Shown: positions 6,451 to 14,738 of the stretch, piece by piece
Layout: each line of letters opens with the position of its first letter
How positions within the stretch are numbered: position 1 is the stretch's first letter
Virus genome (UHGV): UHGV-1961940
Strand: one strand, 5' to 3'
Length of the DNA stretch: 20,717 nucleotides
Source: a virus
Notes under the pieces: generated by a model
The model's database searches: none
Told to the model about the DNA's origin: nothing
What the model saw: the letters and a program-made list of their open reading frames with translations, nothing else
Translations under genes and position numbers: made by a program

Positions 6451-7816
6451 ACGTCCCCTCTTCGGCTCTGGTTTCAAAATCTTTCCTGACAATTTTGTCT
6501 AAGTCAGGGAATGTTGTATTGTAAAACTCTACGACTCGCGGGTCAACAATAATGTCAACTTCTCTTAGTGGACGCAACAAGTTTATTCCTTGTATTGTCT
6601 TAACCCGACTCAAAGCAACATACGTCATCCCAGGAGAGAAAGCTCCGTTCTTTCCAAGGTCCAGGTTGTAACAATCTAGCGTAAGTCCTTGACTTTTATG
6701 AGATGTTACGGCATACCCAGATTTCAGAGGAAGTTGCCTGTATGACCCAATCACTACCCTCTCTATAAACTTCTCCATCTTCCTTTCTGCAATGTTGTAT
6801 CTCTGAGATGGCTTATACTCGTTATTTTCCCACAACCTCTGCTCTATGTCAACCTGTGTTCCATCTTCAAGCTCTACCACCACCGCCTTGTTCTTAAATT
6901 TAACAATTGTGGCACGTGTTCCGTTAACATAATAAGGTACTTTGTGCGTCGGGTCAACATCGTTGGCGGTTATCATAACTTTCATGCCAATTTTCAACTT
7001 CATCTCCTGCTCAACTGGCAGGGTGGAGGGAAACTTACCCTTCATTTCACCAGTGTATACCTTCTCTGGGGCGTTGATGGCATCATAGAACCTTCTGTTC
7101 ACTTCCTCTGCTTGTTTGTTGGTGGCGCAAATTGTGAGAGCGTCTGTTGGTACACCGCCTTTGTAACAGCGAGCATTAAGTTCTGCTACAACCTCTTTTA
7201 TGCGACGACCCTCACGAACACAGTTGAGCATTGTGGCAAATCGAATAGACTCCTGTCGGAACTGGTCTATTAGGGCTATGTTGTGAAGGTCCAGCTCTTT
7301 CCAAGATTCGGTATAGCAACATAGGTCTGTGTGGTAGAAGTTGAAGTAGGCCTCCTTCTCCATAGAAGAGACAACAGGAGGTGCCTGGTAAAAATCGCCA
7401 AACAATATGACCTGTATGCCTCCGAAAGGTTTGTCATTTTTTCGAAGGAAGCGGAGTTTTCTATCCATCTCTATAAACTTATCAGCACGGATCATAGAGA
7501 TTTCATCGATAATTAGGATGGTAAATGCCTTGCTTTTCAAAGGCTTTGCTGTTTTTGCCCTTATTGCAGTCCAGTCAGACTCCATGCTCACACCTGCTGC
7601 AAGATCGAAGGTTCGGTGTGCTGTTGCTCCATTAACGTTTAAAGCGGCTACCCCTGTCGGGGCAACCGTTATGCAAGAGTCTCCATACATTGACTGGATC
7701 ATGTTGATGAGGTACGTCTTCCCACAACCTGCGGGTCCTGAAACGAAGACATTCTCCCCACTCATGATTGCAACAAGGGCAGCATCTGTGCCTACATCAT
7801 ACTGCCCTTTTTCCAT
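6425..7816 (-). CDS. PIF1/RecD-like SF1B DNA helicase
   Basis: Walker A is GPAGCGKTY and Walker B is LIIDEISMI. The PIF1-type motif III is FGDFYQAPPV. YAVTSHKSQGLTLD and YVALSRV are the C-terminal SF1B motifs. The start is coupled to the rIIB-like stop (TAATG) with a GAGGAGG SD. Confidence 0.9.
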   Translation of the reverse strand: MEKGQYDVGTDAALVAIMSGENVFVSGPAGCGKTYLINMIQSMYGDSCITVAPTGVAALNVNGATAHRTFDLAAGVSMESDWTAIRAKTAKPLKSKAFTILIIDEISMIRADKFIEMDRKLRFLRKNDKPFGGIQVILFGDFYQAPPVVSSMEKEAYFNFYHTDLCCYTESWKELDLHNIALIDQFRQESIRFATMLNCVREGRRIKEVVAELNARCYKGGVPTDALTICATNKQAEEVNRRFYDAINAPEKVYTGEMKGKFPSTLPVEQEMKLKIGMKVMITANDVDPTHKVPYYVNGTRATIVKFKNKAVVVELEDGTQVDIEQRLWENNEYKPSQRYNIAERKMEKFIERVVIGSYRQLPLKSGYAVTSHKSQGLTLDCYNLDLGKNGAFSPGMTYVALSRVKTIQGINLLRPLREVDIIVDPRVVEFYNTTFPDLDKIVRKDFETRAEEGTYEFVEKYS

Positions 7817-9021
7817 TACGCCTCCTCGTAGATAATGTCGATGATGTTACCATCACGGTCAACTACGTATTCAATCGGATCGCCATCTTTGCGTGATTCC
7901 GGTGCTGCTACGATTTCGTAGCGGCATGCACGGCACTTAGCACTGTTGTGTTGGTATGGCACACTAACCACATCCGCAGGGTCAACCATAACCATCATTA
8001 CAGTGCCATAGCCCGCTGCATACTCTTTGCTGGCGCAGTGCAGGCCATAAGAACACGCAGCTTCCGGATCATCTTCTACAAAGTTACGAGGCATGGACAC
8101 AAAAGCACCCTGGTATTGTGGAACTTTACCGCTGTGCCAATCCACCCACCTGCTCCCGTTAAACTGAACCCCCTTATAGCAAATGATTCGACCATCTTCT
8201 GCAACCTGGATGTCATTAGCCTGCATGAAATCGTAGAGCATGTTCACAGATTTTGCAGACGGGTTGCGTAGCAGACGGACAAGGAATTTAACATATCGGT
8301 CGTCCAGTGTTCCATCTACATAATCTTCCTCAATTTTCTTTGCAATGGTGGATCGCATCTCTACACCGTAGTAGTAGAGCTTACCATCTTTCATGATCAG
8401 GTTGTCTGCAAGTGTGGTGAACTCATTCTTGCGTTCCAGCCAGACAAGGATTTCACCAATTGCCTCATCATATTCCTGAACAGAAATATGGTCGAAGACT
8501 TTCTGGTAAACTTCCTCACTTTCGCTGCGGCGAATTTCAAAAATGCCTTCGTTGCAGGTGATCTGGAGGAGTTCCCCGCAAATAACTACCAAAGGCTCGA
8601 TGCTTCGAGACTGTTGCTGAGACACACTGCTCACTACTTCCAGCACCGGATCTTTGACTTCTACTAAAGGTTCTTCTGACTTGATTGCTACCCCAGTGAA
8701 CCCCACACCGTGAACAACACACAGTGGGTATACCACGCCCCAACGTTTAACGGAACCTTCACCTGAATCTAAGATCATGGCGTACTTACCGTTGTCTTCC
8801 AGTCCGTAGCGGAATAAACGGGCCTCTTCGCGGGTTTCAAAATCCTCACGGGTATAGCAGACACTGTCTCGGTCAGGATCAAACAGCTCTGGGGCACCTA
8901 CTGCCAGTGTCCATGTTGTAGTACCTTTCTCAATAGCACATGTGAAACCCTTCTTCTCAAGTTCTGCACGGCGGTCGCGTGCTTCTTTACGAGTTTTGAA
9001 ATGTTCGTAGATGAAAATCAT
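7816..9021 (-). CDS. rIIB: rIIB-like protein with an N-terminal extension
   Basis: The C-terminal 200 aa align by eye with T4 rIIB. FLVRLLRNPSAKSVNMLYDFMQANDIQVAEDGRIICYKGV matches FLENLLENPSQKAVSRLFDFLVANDIEITEDGYFYAWKVV. SYGLHCASKEY...VDPADVVSVP...AKCRACRYEIV matches SRGLHVCSKSY...VHPRDVVSIP...AKMRTCQYEVV. It lies immediately downstream of the rIIA-like gene. Confidence 0.8.
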   Translation of the reverse strand: MIFIYEHFKTRKEARDRRAELEKKGFTCAIEKGTTTWTLAVGAPELFDPDRDSVCYTREDFETREEARLFRYGLEDNGKYAMILDSGEGSVKRWGVVYPLCVVHGVGFTGVAIKSEEPLVEVKDPVLEVVSSVSQQQSRSIEPLVVICGELLQITCNEGIFEIRRSESEEVYQKVFDHISVQEYDEAIGEILVWLERKNEFTTLADNLIMKDGKLYYYGVEMRSTIAKKIEEDYVDGTLDDRYVKFLVRLLRNPSAKSVNMLYDFMQANDIQVAEDGRIICYKGVQFNGSRWVDWHSGKVPQYQGAFVSMPRNFVEDDPEAACSYGLHCASKEYAAGYGTVMMVMVDPADVVSVPYQHNSAKCRACRYEIVAAPESRKDGDPIEYVVDRDGNIIDIIYEEA

Positions 9022-9031
9022 AGCTGTCTCC

Positions 9032-11014
9032 TTATTTGGTGTTATTCTTTGCGTCGATCAGTTCACGGTATTCAATCATAGCAGGAGTGTCCCAATATTT
9101 CAAGCCCACATGCTTCAAAAGTGGATATTTCTTTTCCAATCTTGCAATATAGGCCTTCCCGCACTTGACTCGGTTGGCGATTAAGATTTTGGCACGATGA
9201 TTTAGCTCACTGTGCTTCCACGCGGTGTTACCTTCCCACTTGTGGAAATGTGGCCGATAATTTCCAAAATCTTGCATGGGGATAATTTTCCCTAATTGTC
9301 TATACAGGCTGTCATATGAAGTTTCATTTGCTGCGCGAGTCAGTAAGAATTTCCAAGCATCCTCTTTCAACAAATGTTCCACATTCTTCTCTGTAACATA
9401 CTGGCAATCAGGATCAGTCCAAAGCAGACGAGATTCTGATACCAAGTACAGATCTTCACCTTCAGGAATCTGGAGTGCAGCACGCACACGGTCATAATTT
9501 TGCTGGTAGATGTTACTCAGCTGTCCCAGCCAACAACTTCCACGTTGGATATCACCCTCATAAGGAATGCAGTGCTTAATCTTCTTGAACTCTGCCTTAG
9601 TAATACGTTCACGACGGAAGTAACCATCCTTCTCAAGCTTTTTAACCCAATAACCTGGCTCGTAATGAGTTTTTGTTTCACCTTTCTTCGCAGGTCGGCG
9701 AGGGAGCTCTGATAACAATTTGACAGTATCTGCAAAGAACGGATGGTGTGCCGCCTCTTTAAACTCTTTCACCAGATCCGTGTTCCGGCAATAGAAAACG
9801 TTGCGTCCGGTGATTTCGCTTAAGTAGTTACACTTATTTCGGTTATATTTACCATCTCCGTCGTTAAATACAAGGTATACACCTCGTAAGAACTCCGACT
9901 TTCCGTAACGAGCATAGCCTATGCGGCCTTTATTTAAGCCGCCAGCGAAAATTTCACAATCGCCTAAGTCGCCAAGCCCTGTTTCTTCCCAACGGTTCCA
10001 CATAAAGTTTTTGCCGAAGATGTGTCCGAACACTCCACTATTCTTCATCATTTCACGTGCTTCTGCGGAGGTTTTTGCCGTCTCCAGTTCTGCAATAACT
10101 TCTGCCCCGCGAAGACGTATACCTTCTTTGACAAAGGCCTCCAGGCGATCCTGGAATCCACCGTCGTCATGGCCCTCTATGGTCCATTCACGCCCAGGGT
10201 TAATATTGCAATCCCCAATAGGAATTTCCACGCAGATTGCAGGGTAATCGGTCAATGTCTCCAGGAACTTGGAGCGGTAAGGTTGGTGACCCATCACAAC
10301 ACGGCTCTCATCAGAACTGGTATAACCTTTCAGGATGGTCATTTTCCAGCCATCCTTCTCGTAATGATACTGTGCCTCAACCTTGTCACCTTCTAACATC
10401 TTACTGGTCATAGGATCGGTGACGATGAACGGAAACTTCGCATAGCGTAAGCACGATGCAATAGCAGTGCAATATTTCAGGACATGCTCTTTCTTAACAT
10501 GGAACTGAACTTTTACCCCGTTGTGCTCTTCAGTCTTCCGCTCACGGATCTTGGTAACGTTTGGGATACCCTGATCCAAGAACAATAGATATGTGCTTTC
10601 AACACCATTGTGCACACTGATCACATCGAAAGTGTCCACCATACTGAACGGAGCCTTTGAACCAACACCTTTATTACCTACCAGAGCGTTGCTGTTGCGC
10701 TTGGTTGACTCCCCGAGATTCATGAAAGTGTTGCGGACCATCTCTTCTGACATGCCCAATCCAACGTCCTGCACAAAGAAGTATGGTTCAAGGTCTGTAG
10801 GAGAGTGAATGATGATCGGTACATCACCCCGTCCAGACTCAACATGGGAGTCCACAGCATTGAAGATTGGTTCACGGCAGCTTGCCAGCACCTTATCTTC
10901 GTAAATCCCTTTAATGATTAGCCCAAAAGTCTCTTTGTTCAGAGAAATTGAGCCCCTGGTGACCTCCATATTTCCGGTCAGCACTGCTTTAGTTTCATTA
11001 CTGTTTACAATCAT
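9032..11014 (-). CDS. rIIA: rIIA-like protein (N-terminal GHKL/HATPase-like fold)
   Basis: The N-terminus parallels T4 rIIA. MIVNSNETKAVLTGN matches MIITTEKETILGNG. REPIFNAVDSH matches RELITNMIDAH. FVQDVGLGMS matches VCRDFGPGMS. VGNKGVGSKAPFSMVDTFDVISVHNG matches [26 protein letters not shown]. Its size (660 aa) and its position upstream of the rIIB-like gene also fit. Confidence 0.85.
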   Translation of the reverse strand: MIVNSNETKAVLTGNMEVTRGSISLNKETFGLIIKGIYEDKVLASCREPIFNAVDSHVESGRGDVPIIIHSPTDLEPYFFVQDVGLGMSEEMVRNTFMNLGESTKRNSNALVGNKGVGSKAPFSMVDTFDVISVHNGVESTYLLFLDQGIPNVTKIRERKTEEHNGVKVQFHVKKEHVLKYCTAIASCLRYAKFPFIVTDPMTSKMLEGDKVEAQYHYEKDGWKMTILKGYTSSDESRVVMGHQPYRSKFLETLTDYPAICVEIPIGDCNINPGREWTIEGHDDGGFQDRLEAFVKEGIRLRGAEVIAELETAKTSAEAREMMKNSGVFGHIFGKNFMWNRWEETGLGDLGDCEIFAGGLNKGRIGYARYGKSEFLRGVYLVFNDGDGKYNRNKCNYLSEITGRNVFYCRNTDLVKEFKEAAHHPFFADTVKLLSELPRRPAKKGETKTHYEPGYWVKKLEKDGYFRRERITKAEFKKIKHCIPYEGDIQRGSCWLGQLSNIYQQNYDRVRAALQIPEGEDLYLVSESRLLWTDPDCQYVTEKNVEHLLKEDAWKFLLTRAANETSYDSLYRQLGKIIPMQDFGNYRPHFHKWEGNTAWKHSELNHRAKILIANRVKCGKAYIARLEKKYPLLKHVGLKYWDTPAMIEYRELIDAKNNTK

Positions 11015-11511
11015 TTATTGCGCTCCTTGTAGTAGATATGGCTCCCGAATTGAGTTGTCCTCTGCATCTTTTTTGCCCATTTCGGTCGTACTTTGGTTGT
11101 ATGGTAGTGTGTTGCTCCACCTGTTATGTCCATAGCCATGTATGCAACATGGTTGTTATTATAGACCTTTATAAGCATCTTTGCAAGACTTTTAGCGTGA
11201 TCCCATGAATCTTTTTCTGTCACCTTAAAAGTTTTGCCGTGGTTTGTCCACGAAAACTGGTTAGGTTGGTAGACAATCTTTCTTATAGTGTCTGGGTATT
11301 TAGGGTGGGATTTCCTGTTTAGTGTGGCAAACCCAGATGCCAGCATACCCATCGTGCCATCTCCTCTAGCTTCCCTGTAGATATTGCATGCCAGAATGTT
11401 TTCCTTAGTATCTGATGGCTTGCAAGTATGATATACTTTTTGTTTTGGTGCTGCAACAACAGGCAGCGATAAAAGTGCGCTCAAAATAATAGCAAAGATC
11501 TTAATTTTCAC
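11011..11511 (-). CDS. SleB/CwlJ-family cell-wall hydrolase with N-terminal signal peptide
   Basis: GTG start. The N-terminus MKIKIFAIILSALLSLPVVAAP looks like a signal peptide. The hydrolase_2-like core is ACNIYREARGD...GMLASGFATLNR...YQPNQFSW...GGATHYHT...FGSHIYY. Its stop overlaps the rIIA-like ATG (ATGA). Confidence 0.8.
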   Translation of the reverse strand: MKIKIFAIILSALLSLPVVAAPKQKVYHTCKPSDTKENILACNIYREARGDGTMGMLASGFATLNRKSHPKYPDTIRKIVYQPNQFSWTNHGKTFKVTEKDSWDHAKSLAKMLIKVYNNNHVAYMAMDITGGATHYHTTKVRPKWAKKMQRTTQFGSHIYYKERNK

Positions 11512-11520
11512 AATGACTCC

Positions 11521-11547
11521 AAATAGAAAATCCCCGCCGAAGCGGGG
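11521..11547 (-). terminator. Rho-independent terminator (minus strand)
   Basis: The minus-strand RNA reads CCCCGC-UUCG-GCGGGG followed by AUUUUCUAUUU. This is a 6-bp GC stem with a UUCG tetraloop and a U-rich tail, 14 nt after the stop of the 126-aa gene. Confidence 0.75.
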
Positions 11548-11560
11548 GAGGTCTTAGAAA

Positions 11561-11941
11561 TTAATCGTAGTGTGCCAAAATCTCTCCATCGTTGCAAGTT
11601 CCCTCTACAAAGTTATGAAGATTCATGCACTCATCTTGATAGAAGAATTTACCGCTTTTCAGCCGTAGGCCAAACAACTCCGCATCTCCACGATGGCAAG
11701 CCTCTACAAGTTCATAGATTTCATACGGCAACTCTCCGTCGTCATGGAAGAATCCAGCCTTATCGTTGACATAAATGAAGAAATAATCACTGCTATCGCA
11801 AGCGTCCAATATTTTAAACCAGACTTCATCTACATCTTTTTCTCGGATATCGATCACGCAAGTGGAACTGCATTCGTACTCCTTCTCCGGCTCCTCGGTC
11901 AATACCACCAGGTAGTTTCCCCGCTTACCTACTTTAGCCAT
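11561..11941 (-). CDS. Hypothetical protein (126 aa from ATG 11941)
   Basis: ATG 11941 is preceded by AAGGGGGG, directly after the AAA+ gene stop. The longer track ORF (start 11989) would overlap the AAA+ gene. No motif recognised. Confidence 0.65.
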   Translation of the reverse strand: MAKVGKRGNYLVVLTEEPEKEYECSSTCVIDIREKDVDEVWFKILDACDSSDYFFIYVNDKAGFFHDDGELPYEIYELVEACHRGDAELFGLRLKSGKFFYQDECMNLHNFVEGTCNDGEILAHYD

Positions 11942-11951
11942 ACAACCCCCC

Positions 11952-13136
11952 TTAAGCTTTAGCCAAAATGGCGCTAAACTCTTCACCAAACTCTTTTACA
12001 ATCTTCATCAGGTTTGGGTATGCTTTGATCAGCTGAGCAACAATCTTGTCACGCCCTTTACCGATAAGCAAGGCATTTCCTAAGGCATTAGGTTTCATCA
12101 TCGCCATAAAGACTGAGAATACAAAATCTCGGTTCTCGTCCTTGAAGTTTTCCCAAAGGAAATCGAGGAAGTTTGCCACGCAGCTGACAAGATCTTCGTC
12201 TGAGATACTTGCATTTTCCATCATATTGCGAATAGCGATACAACCTTCAGATCCAAGAATCCACAAAATGTCTGGCTGCTTAGGACCTACGTATTCTTTG
12301 CAGCCACCTGCCATAATCCGACCGATTTCCGGTAAATTACGTTTCTTGGTGTGGTAAGTCCAGATCTCTACCGCTGCAGTGTGACCAATAGCACCTTGTA
12401 GAAGAACACGGGCCATAGCGTCAGAAATAATACCGCTGTCAAAATCGTGCAAGATGTCAGATGCAGCAACCCAAGATCGTGGTGTGGCAAAAGATGGACA
12501 ATTAATCTCAGCCATAGCCTCATAATTATCAATAGCTGATGGAACTCTTTTCAGATACCCAATTACAGAGGAGTGAACCCCGTTGAGGAATGCGTAGTCC
12601 TCAATAAACACCTCTGCATTGCTTGTAACCTCTACAATGATAAAACGGTTAGCCAGAGGGGCTTCGAGCGCCGAAAGAACCGCACCATCTGTAGAACGGT
12701 TACCCGCAGCCACAAAAACAGAACCCTTAGGGAATGCATAGGTGCCGCACTTGTGGTCAAGCATAATTTGCATTGCAACCTTTTGCAGGTAGTTATCTGC
12801 ATGAGTGAGCTCATCCAGAAAGATAATTCCGCTCCAGTCAGGATCCGCAGGCCAAAATTCTGGAATTGCAAACACTGTACGTGTAGTTCCATCCGCTTCT
12901 ACAGGGATAGGTAGCCCAGATAAGTCGGCAGGATCTTTATCTGACAGTCGCACGTCAACAAGGTTGTCATCTCGCTCACCGAACATATTATCAGCGATCT
13001 GCTTCATCACCTGGCTTTTACCCACACCCATTGGTCCCAAAATTAGGACAGATCGGCTATGACGTTGGGCAAACTGAATAATAGCTGGCAACTCACGGAC
13101 AGTGATTTGACCACTTTCGAATACGTTTCTTGACAT
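11952..13136 (-). CDS. MoxR/CobS-type AAA+ ATPase (AAA_5-like)
   Basis: Walker A is ILGPMGVGKSQ and Walker B is IIFLDELTHA. The sensor-1 region is VFVAAGNRSTDG, followed by LANRF. This is a single AAA module with a helical C-terminal half. The start is coupled to the upstream stop (TAATG). Confidence 0.85.
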   Translation of the reverse strand: MSRNVFESGQITVRELPAIIQFAQRHSRSVLILGPMGVGKSQVMKQIADNMFGERDDNLVDVRLSDKDPADLSGLPIPVEADGTTRTVFAIPEFWPADPDWSGIIFLDELTHADNYLQKVAMQIMLDHKCGTYAFPKGSVFVAAGNRSTDGAVLSALEAPLANRFIIVEVTSNAEVFIEDYAFLNGVHSSVIGYLKRVPSAIDNYEAMAEINCPSFATPRSWVAASDILHDFDSGIISDAMARVLLQGAIGHTAAVEIWTYHTKKRNLPEIGRIMAGGCKEYVGPKQPDILWILGSEGCIAIRNMMENASISDEDLVSCVANFLDFLWENFKDENRDFVFSVFMAMMKPNALGNALLIGKGRDKIVAQLIKAYPNLMKIVKEFGEEFSAILAKA

Positions 13137-13405
13137 TAGTAAAAGTCCTCTACTTGTGTGTAAGTGTTTTCAAAGTTTTCCAAAACAGATATCACATCGA
13201 ATCTGTCAATATCATACGTGACTCTCCAGTTGTACGCAACCCTTTCTGCTGTTGCCTCTTCTGGCGCTAGTCGTCTGCTGGCATAAAAGAGTGTTGGAGT
13301 ACACTTTCTTGCTTGCCCTCTAACTTTCCCATAATAATATCTGTGAATATCTTTGTCAAAATTTAACTCTTTTTCTGCACGAAGTTCATATTGCTGGTAT
13401 AACAT
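13136..13405 (-). CDS. Hypothetical protein (89 aa)
   Basis: SD is AAGGAG. The stop overlaps the AAA+ start. Confidence 0.65.
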   Translation of the reverse strand: MLYQQYELRAEKELNFDKDIHRYYYGKVRGQARKCTPTLFYASRRLAPEEATAERVAYNWRVTYDIDRFDVISVLENFENTYTQVEDFY

Positions 13406-13449
13406 CTCTACTACTCCTTAAGCAGCATCCTTGCCGCCATTCCTGCCCA

Positions 13450-13830
13450 CTAAAATGCAGTCCGAATCCAGACAAGGTTCTTATCTGCCCAATCATAGAG
13501 GCAAGTCATTGCACTATTGAATTGCTCACACGGAGGATAATCTTCTTCCATCTGGCGCATAGCAGAGCCTTGTGGGTAAAGCTCCCGTGCTGCAAACCAC
13601 GCATCGTAGTCATCAACGGTGTCGAAGTAGTATACAACATCCTCTAACTCAGGATCGAACTTTGAACTATCAGGATCCAGTTGTTCAGGGAACTTGGAGC
13701 GTAACTTGCCAGCCACAATACTTGCCAACTCGCTAACATGCTTATTGTCCCACTCCACTAGCTTCCCGTCTTCAGTGATGCGTCCTAACCACTGATCATG
13801 AAGGTCAACTGTTGTCTTCCACTGAGCCAT
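13450..13830 (-). CDS. Hypothetical acidic protein (126 aa)
   Basis: SD is GAGGTGG. It lies 2 nt downstream of the previous stop. No motif recognised. Confidence 0.7.
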   Translation of the reverse strand: MAQWKTTVDLHDQWLGRITEDGKLVEWDNKHVSELASIVAGKLRSKFPEQLDPDSSKFDPELEDVVYYFDTVDDYDAWFAARELYPQGSAMRQMEEDYPPCEQFNSAMTCLYDWADKNLVWIRTAF

Positions 13831-13832
13831 TA

Positions 13833-14090
13833 TCAGTCCACCTCTTCTTCTCGTTGTAGTTCAAGATACCCGTAGGTCTGGACATCTTGAAGGGTGTGGA
13901 ACTCCCCCTCTGCCGCTAAGGCACGAACAACTTGGCACAAAACCTTATGAGGAACTTCATCCAAACCTAGATTCAGTGCAGGAAACACCTTATCTAAGTC
14001 AACAAAATAAACGAACTGTAGCTCACCAGCTTCAAAAGGTGTATCTTCAATAAACATCTTCTCGGCATTAGTCAAGATCTGCACTTTCAT
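13833..14090 (-). CDS. Hypothetical strongly acidic protein (85 aa)
   Basis: SD is GAGGAGG. TAATG coupling to the upstream gene. Confidence 0.7.
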   Translation of the reverse strand: MKVQILTNAEKMFIEDTPFEAGELQFVYFVDLDKVFPALNLGLDEVPHKVLCQVVRALAAEGEFHTLQDVQTYGYLELQREEEVD

Positions 14091-14446
14091 TATTCTACCT
14101 CCTCTTCTTTTTCTTCGGCATTAGTTTCATGGCTACCCCACTCGGGAGTTTCCACCTCGATAGTAAACTCACGCACTACACGGTAATTGCCCATGAAGCG
14201 CTCTACTTCGTCAAGGCTTATGGAGAGGCCATTGGCAACCAGGTCTGCAGCACCCTCTTCTACCAGGTAGTCCAGATTGGCTTCCAGAGCCTCAGGTTCA
14301 AACCCTGTCAATGCAATCAGATAACCTTCCCCTTCATCAGGGAGGACAATACAGCCCAATTGATTTTCTTTAAAAAGGCAGTGACCATCATTATTGATTG
14401 GGTGTTCATTGCAGTAAATAGCTGCACGATAAGTAACTTTAGACAT
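14090..14446 (-). CDS. Hypothetical acidic protein (118 aa from ATG 14446); its first 8 codons lie in the left copy of the 29-bp inverted repeat
   Basis: TAAGGAGACCTTACCGATG combines the stop of the upstream gene, an AAGGAG SD and an ATG at 14446 (MSKVTYRAAIYCNE...). The track start at 14467 lies inside the upstream gene and has no SD. Confidence 0.7.
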   Translation of the reverse strand: MSKVTYRAAIYCNEHPINNDGHCLFKENQLGCIVLPDEGEGYLIALTGFEPEALEANLDYLVEEGAADLVANGLSISLDEVERFMGNYRVVREFTIEVETPEWGSHETNAEEKEEEVE

Positions 14447-14451
14447 CGGTA
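14423..14451 (-). repeat. Left copy of the perfect 29-bp inverted repeat
   Basis: The plus strand reads TGCACGATAAGTAACTTTAGACATCGGTA, the exact reverse complement of 16285-16313. Flanking bases differ on both sides. Confidence 0.9.
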
Positions 14452-14459
14452 AGGTCTCC

Positions 14460-14738
14460 TTAGGCAATTGTCATTTTACATTCTTGAAATTTTAACACAA
14501 GACGGTAATTGTGTCTAGTGTCTAAAAAGATTTTTTCAACCATCAGGCACACGGTATAACCGTCCATCTTGTTGACAACAAAATCTCCAGGATGAGGGAG
14601 GATGTCTCCCGGATTGGGGAAACATAGTCCACTCAGAAAGGCATCGTCAGTGGTGGACTTAATAGATTTCCACACACTGTCTGCCTGAACATGTTCACCG
14701 ACGTAATATACATTACCACATGCCTTCATCATAGTCAA
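14460..14738 (-). CDS. Hypothetical protein (92 aa)
   Basis: ATGA overlap with the 299-aa gene and a GAGGG SD. No motif recognised. Confidence 0.65.
   Translation of the reverse strand: MTMMKACGNVYYVGEHVQADSVWKSIKSTTDDAFLSGLCFPNPGDILPHPGDFVVNKMDGYTVCLMVEKIFLDTRHNYRLVLKFQECKMTIA

Noticed and set aside
7407-7835. 142-aa plus-strand ORF, plus similar ORFs at 6944-7273, 7948-8271 and 9921-10396
   Set aside because: They are antisense to the helicase, rIIB-like and rIIA-like genes, whose frames carry recognisable motifs. There is no independent start context.
14423-14451. Interpreting the 29-bp repeat as a bona fide serine-invertase (hix/gix-like) crossover site
   Set aside because: Internal dyad symmetry is only 7 of 10 positions around a central AG, and no invertase gene or enhancer is visible. 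I kept it as a hypothesis in the findings, not as a feature call.
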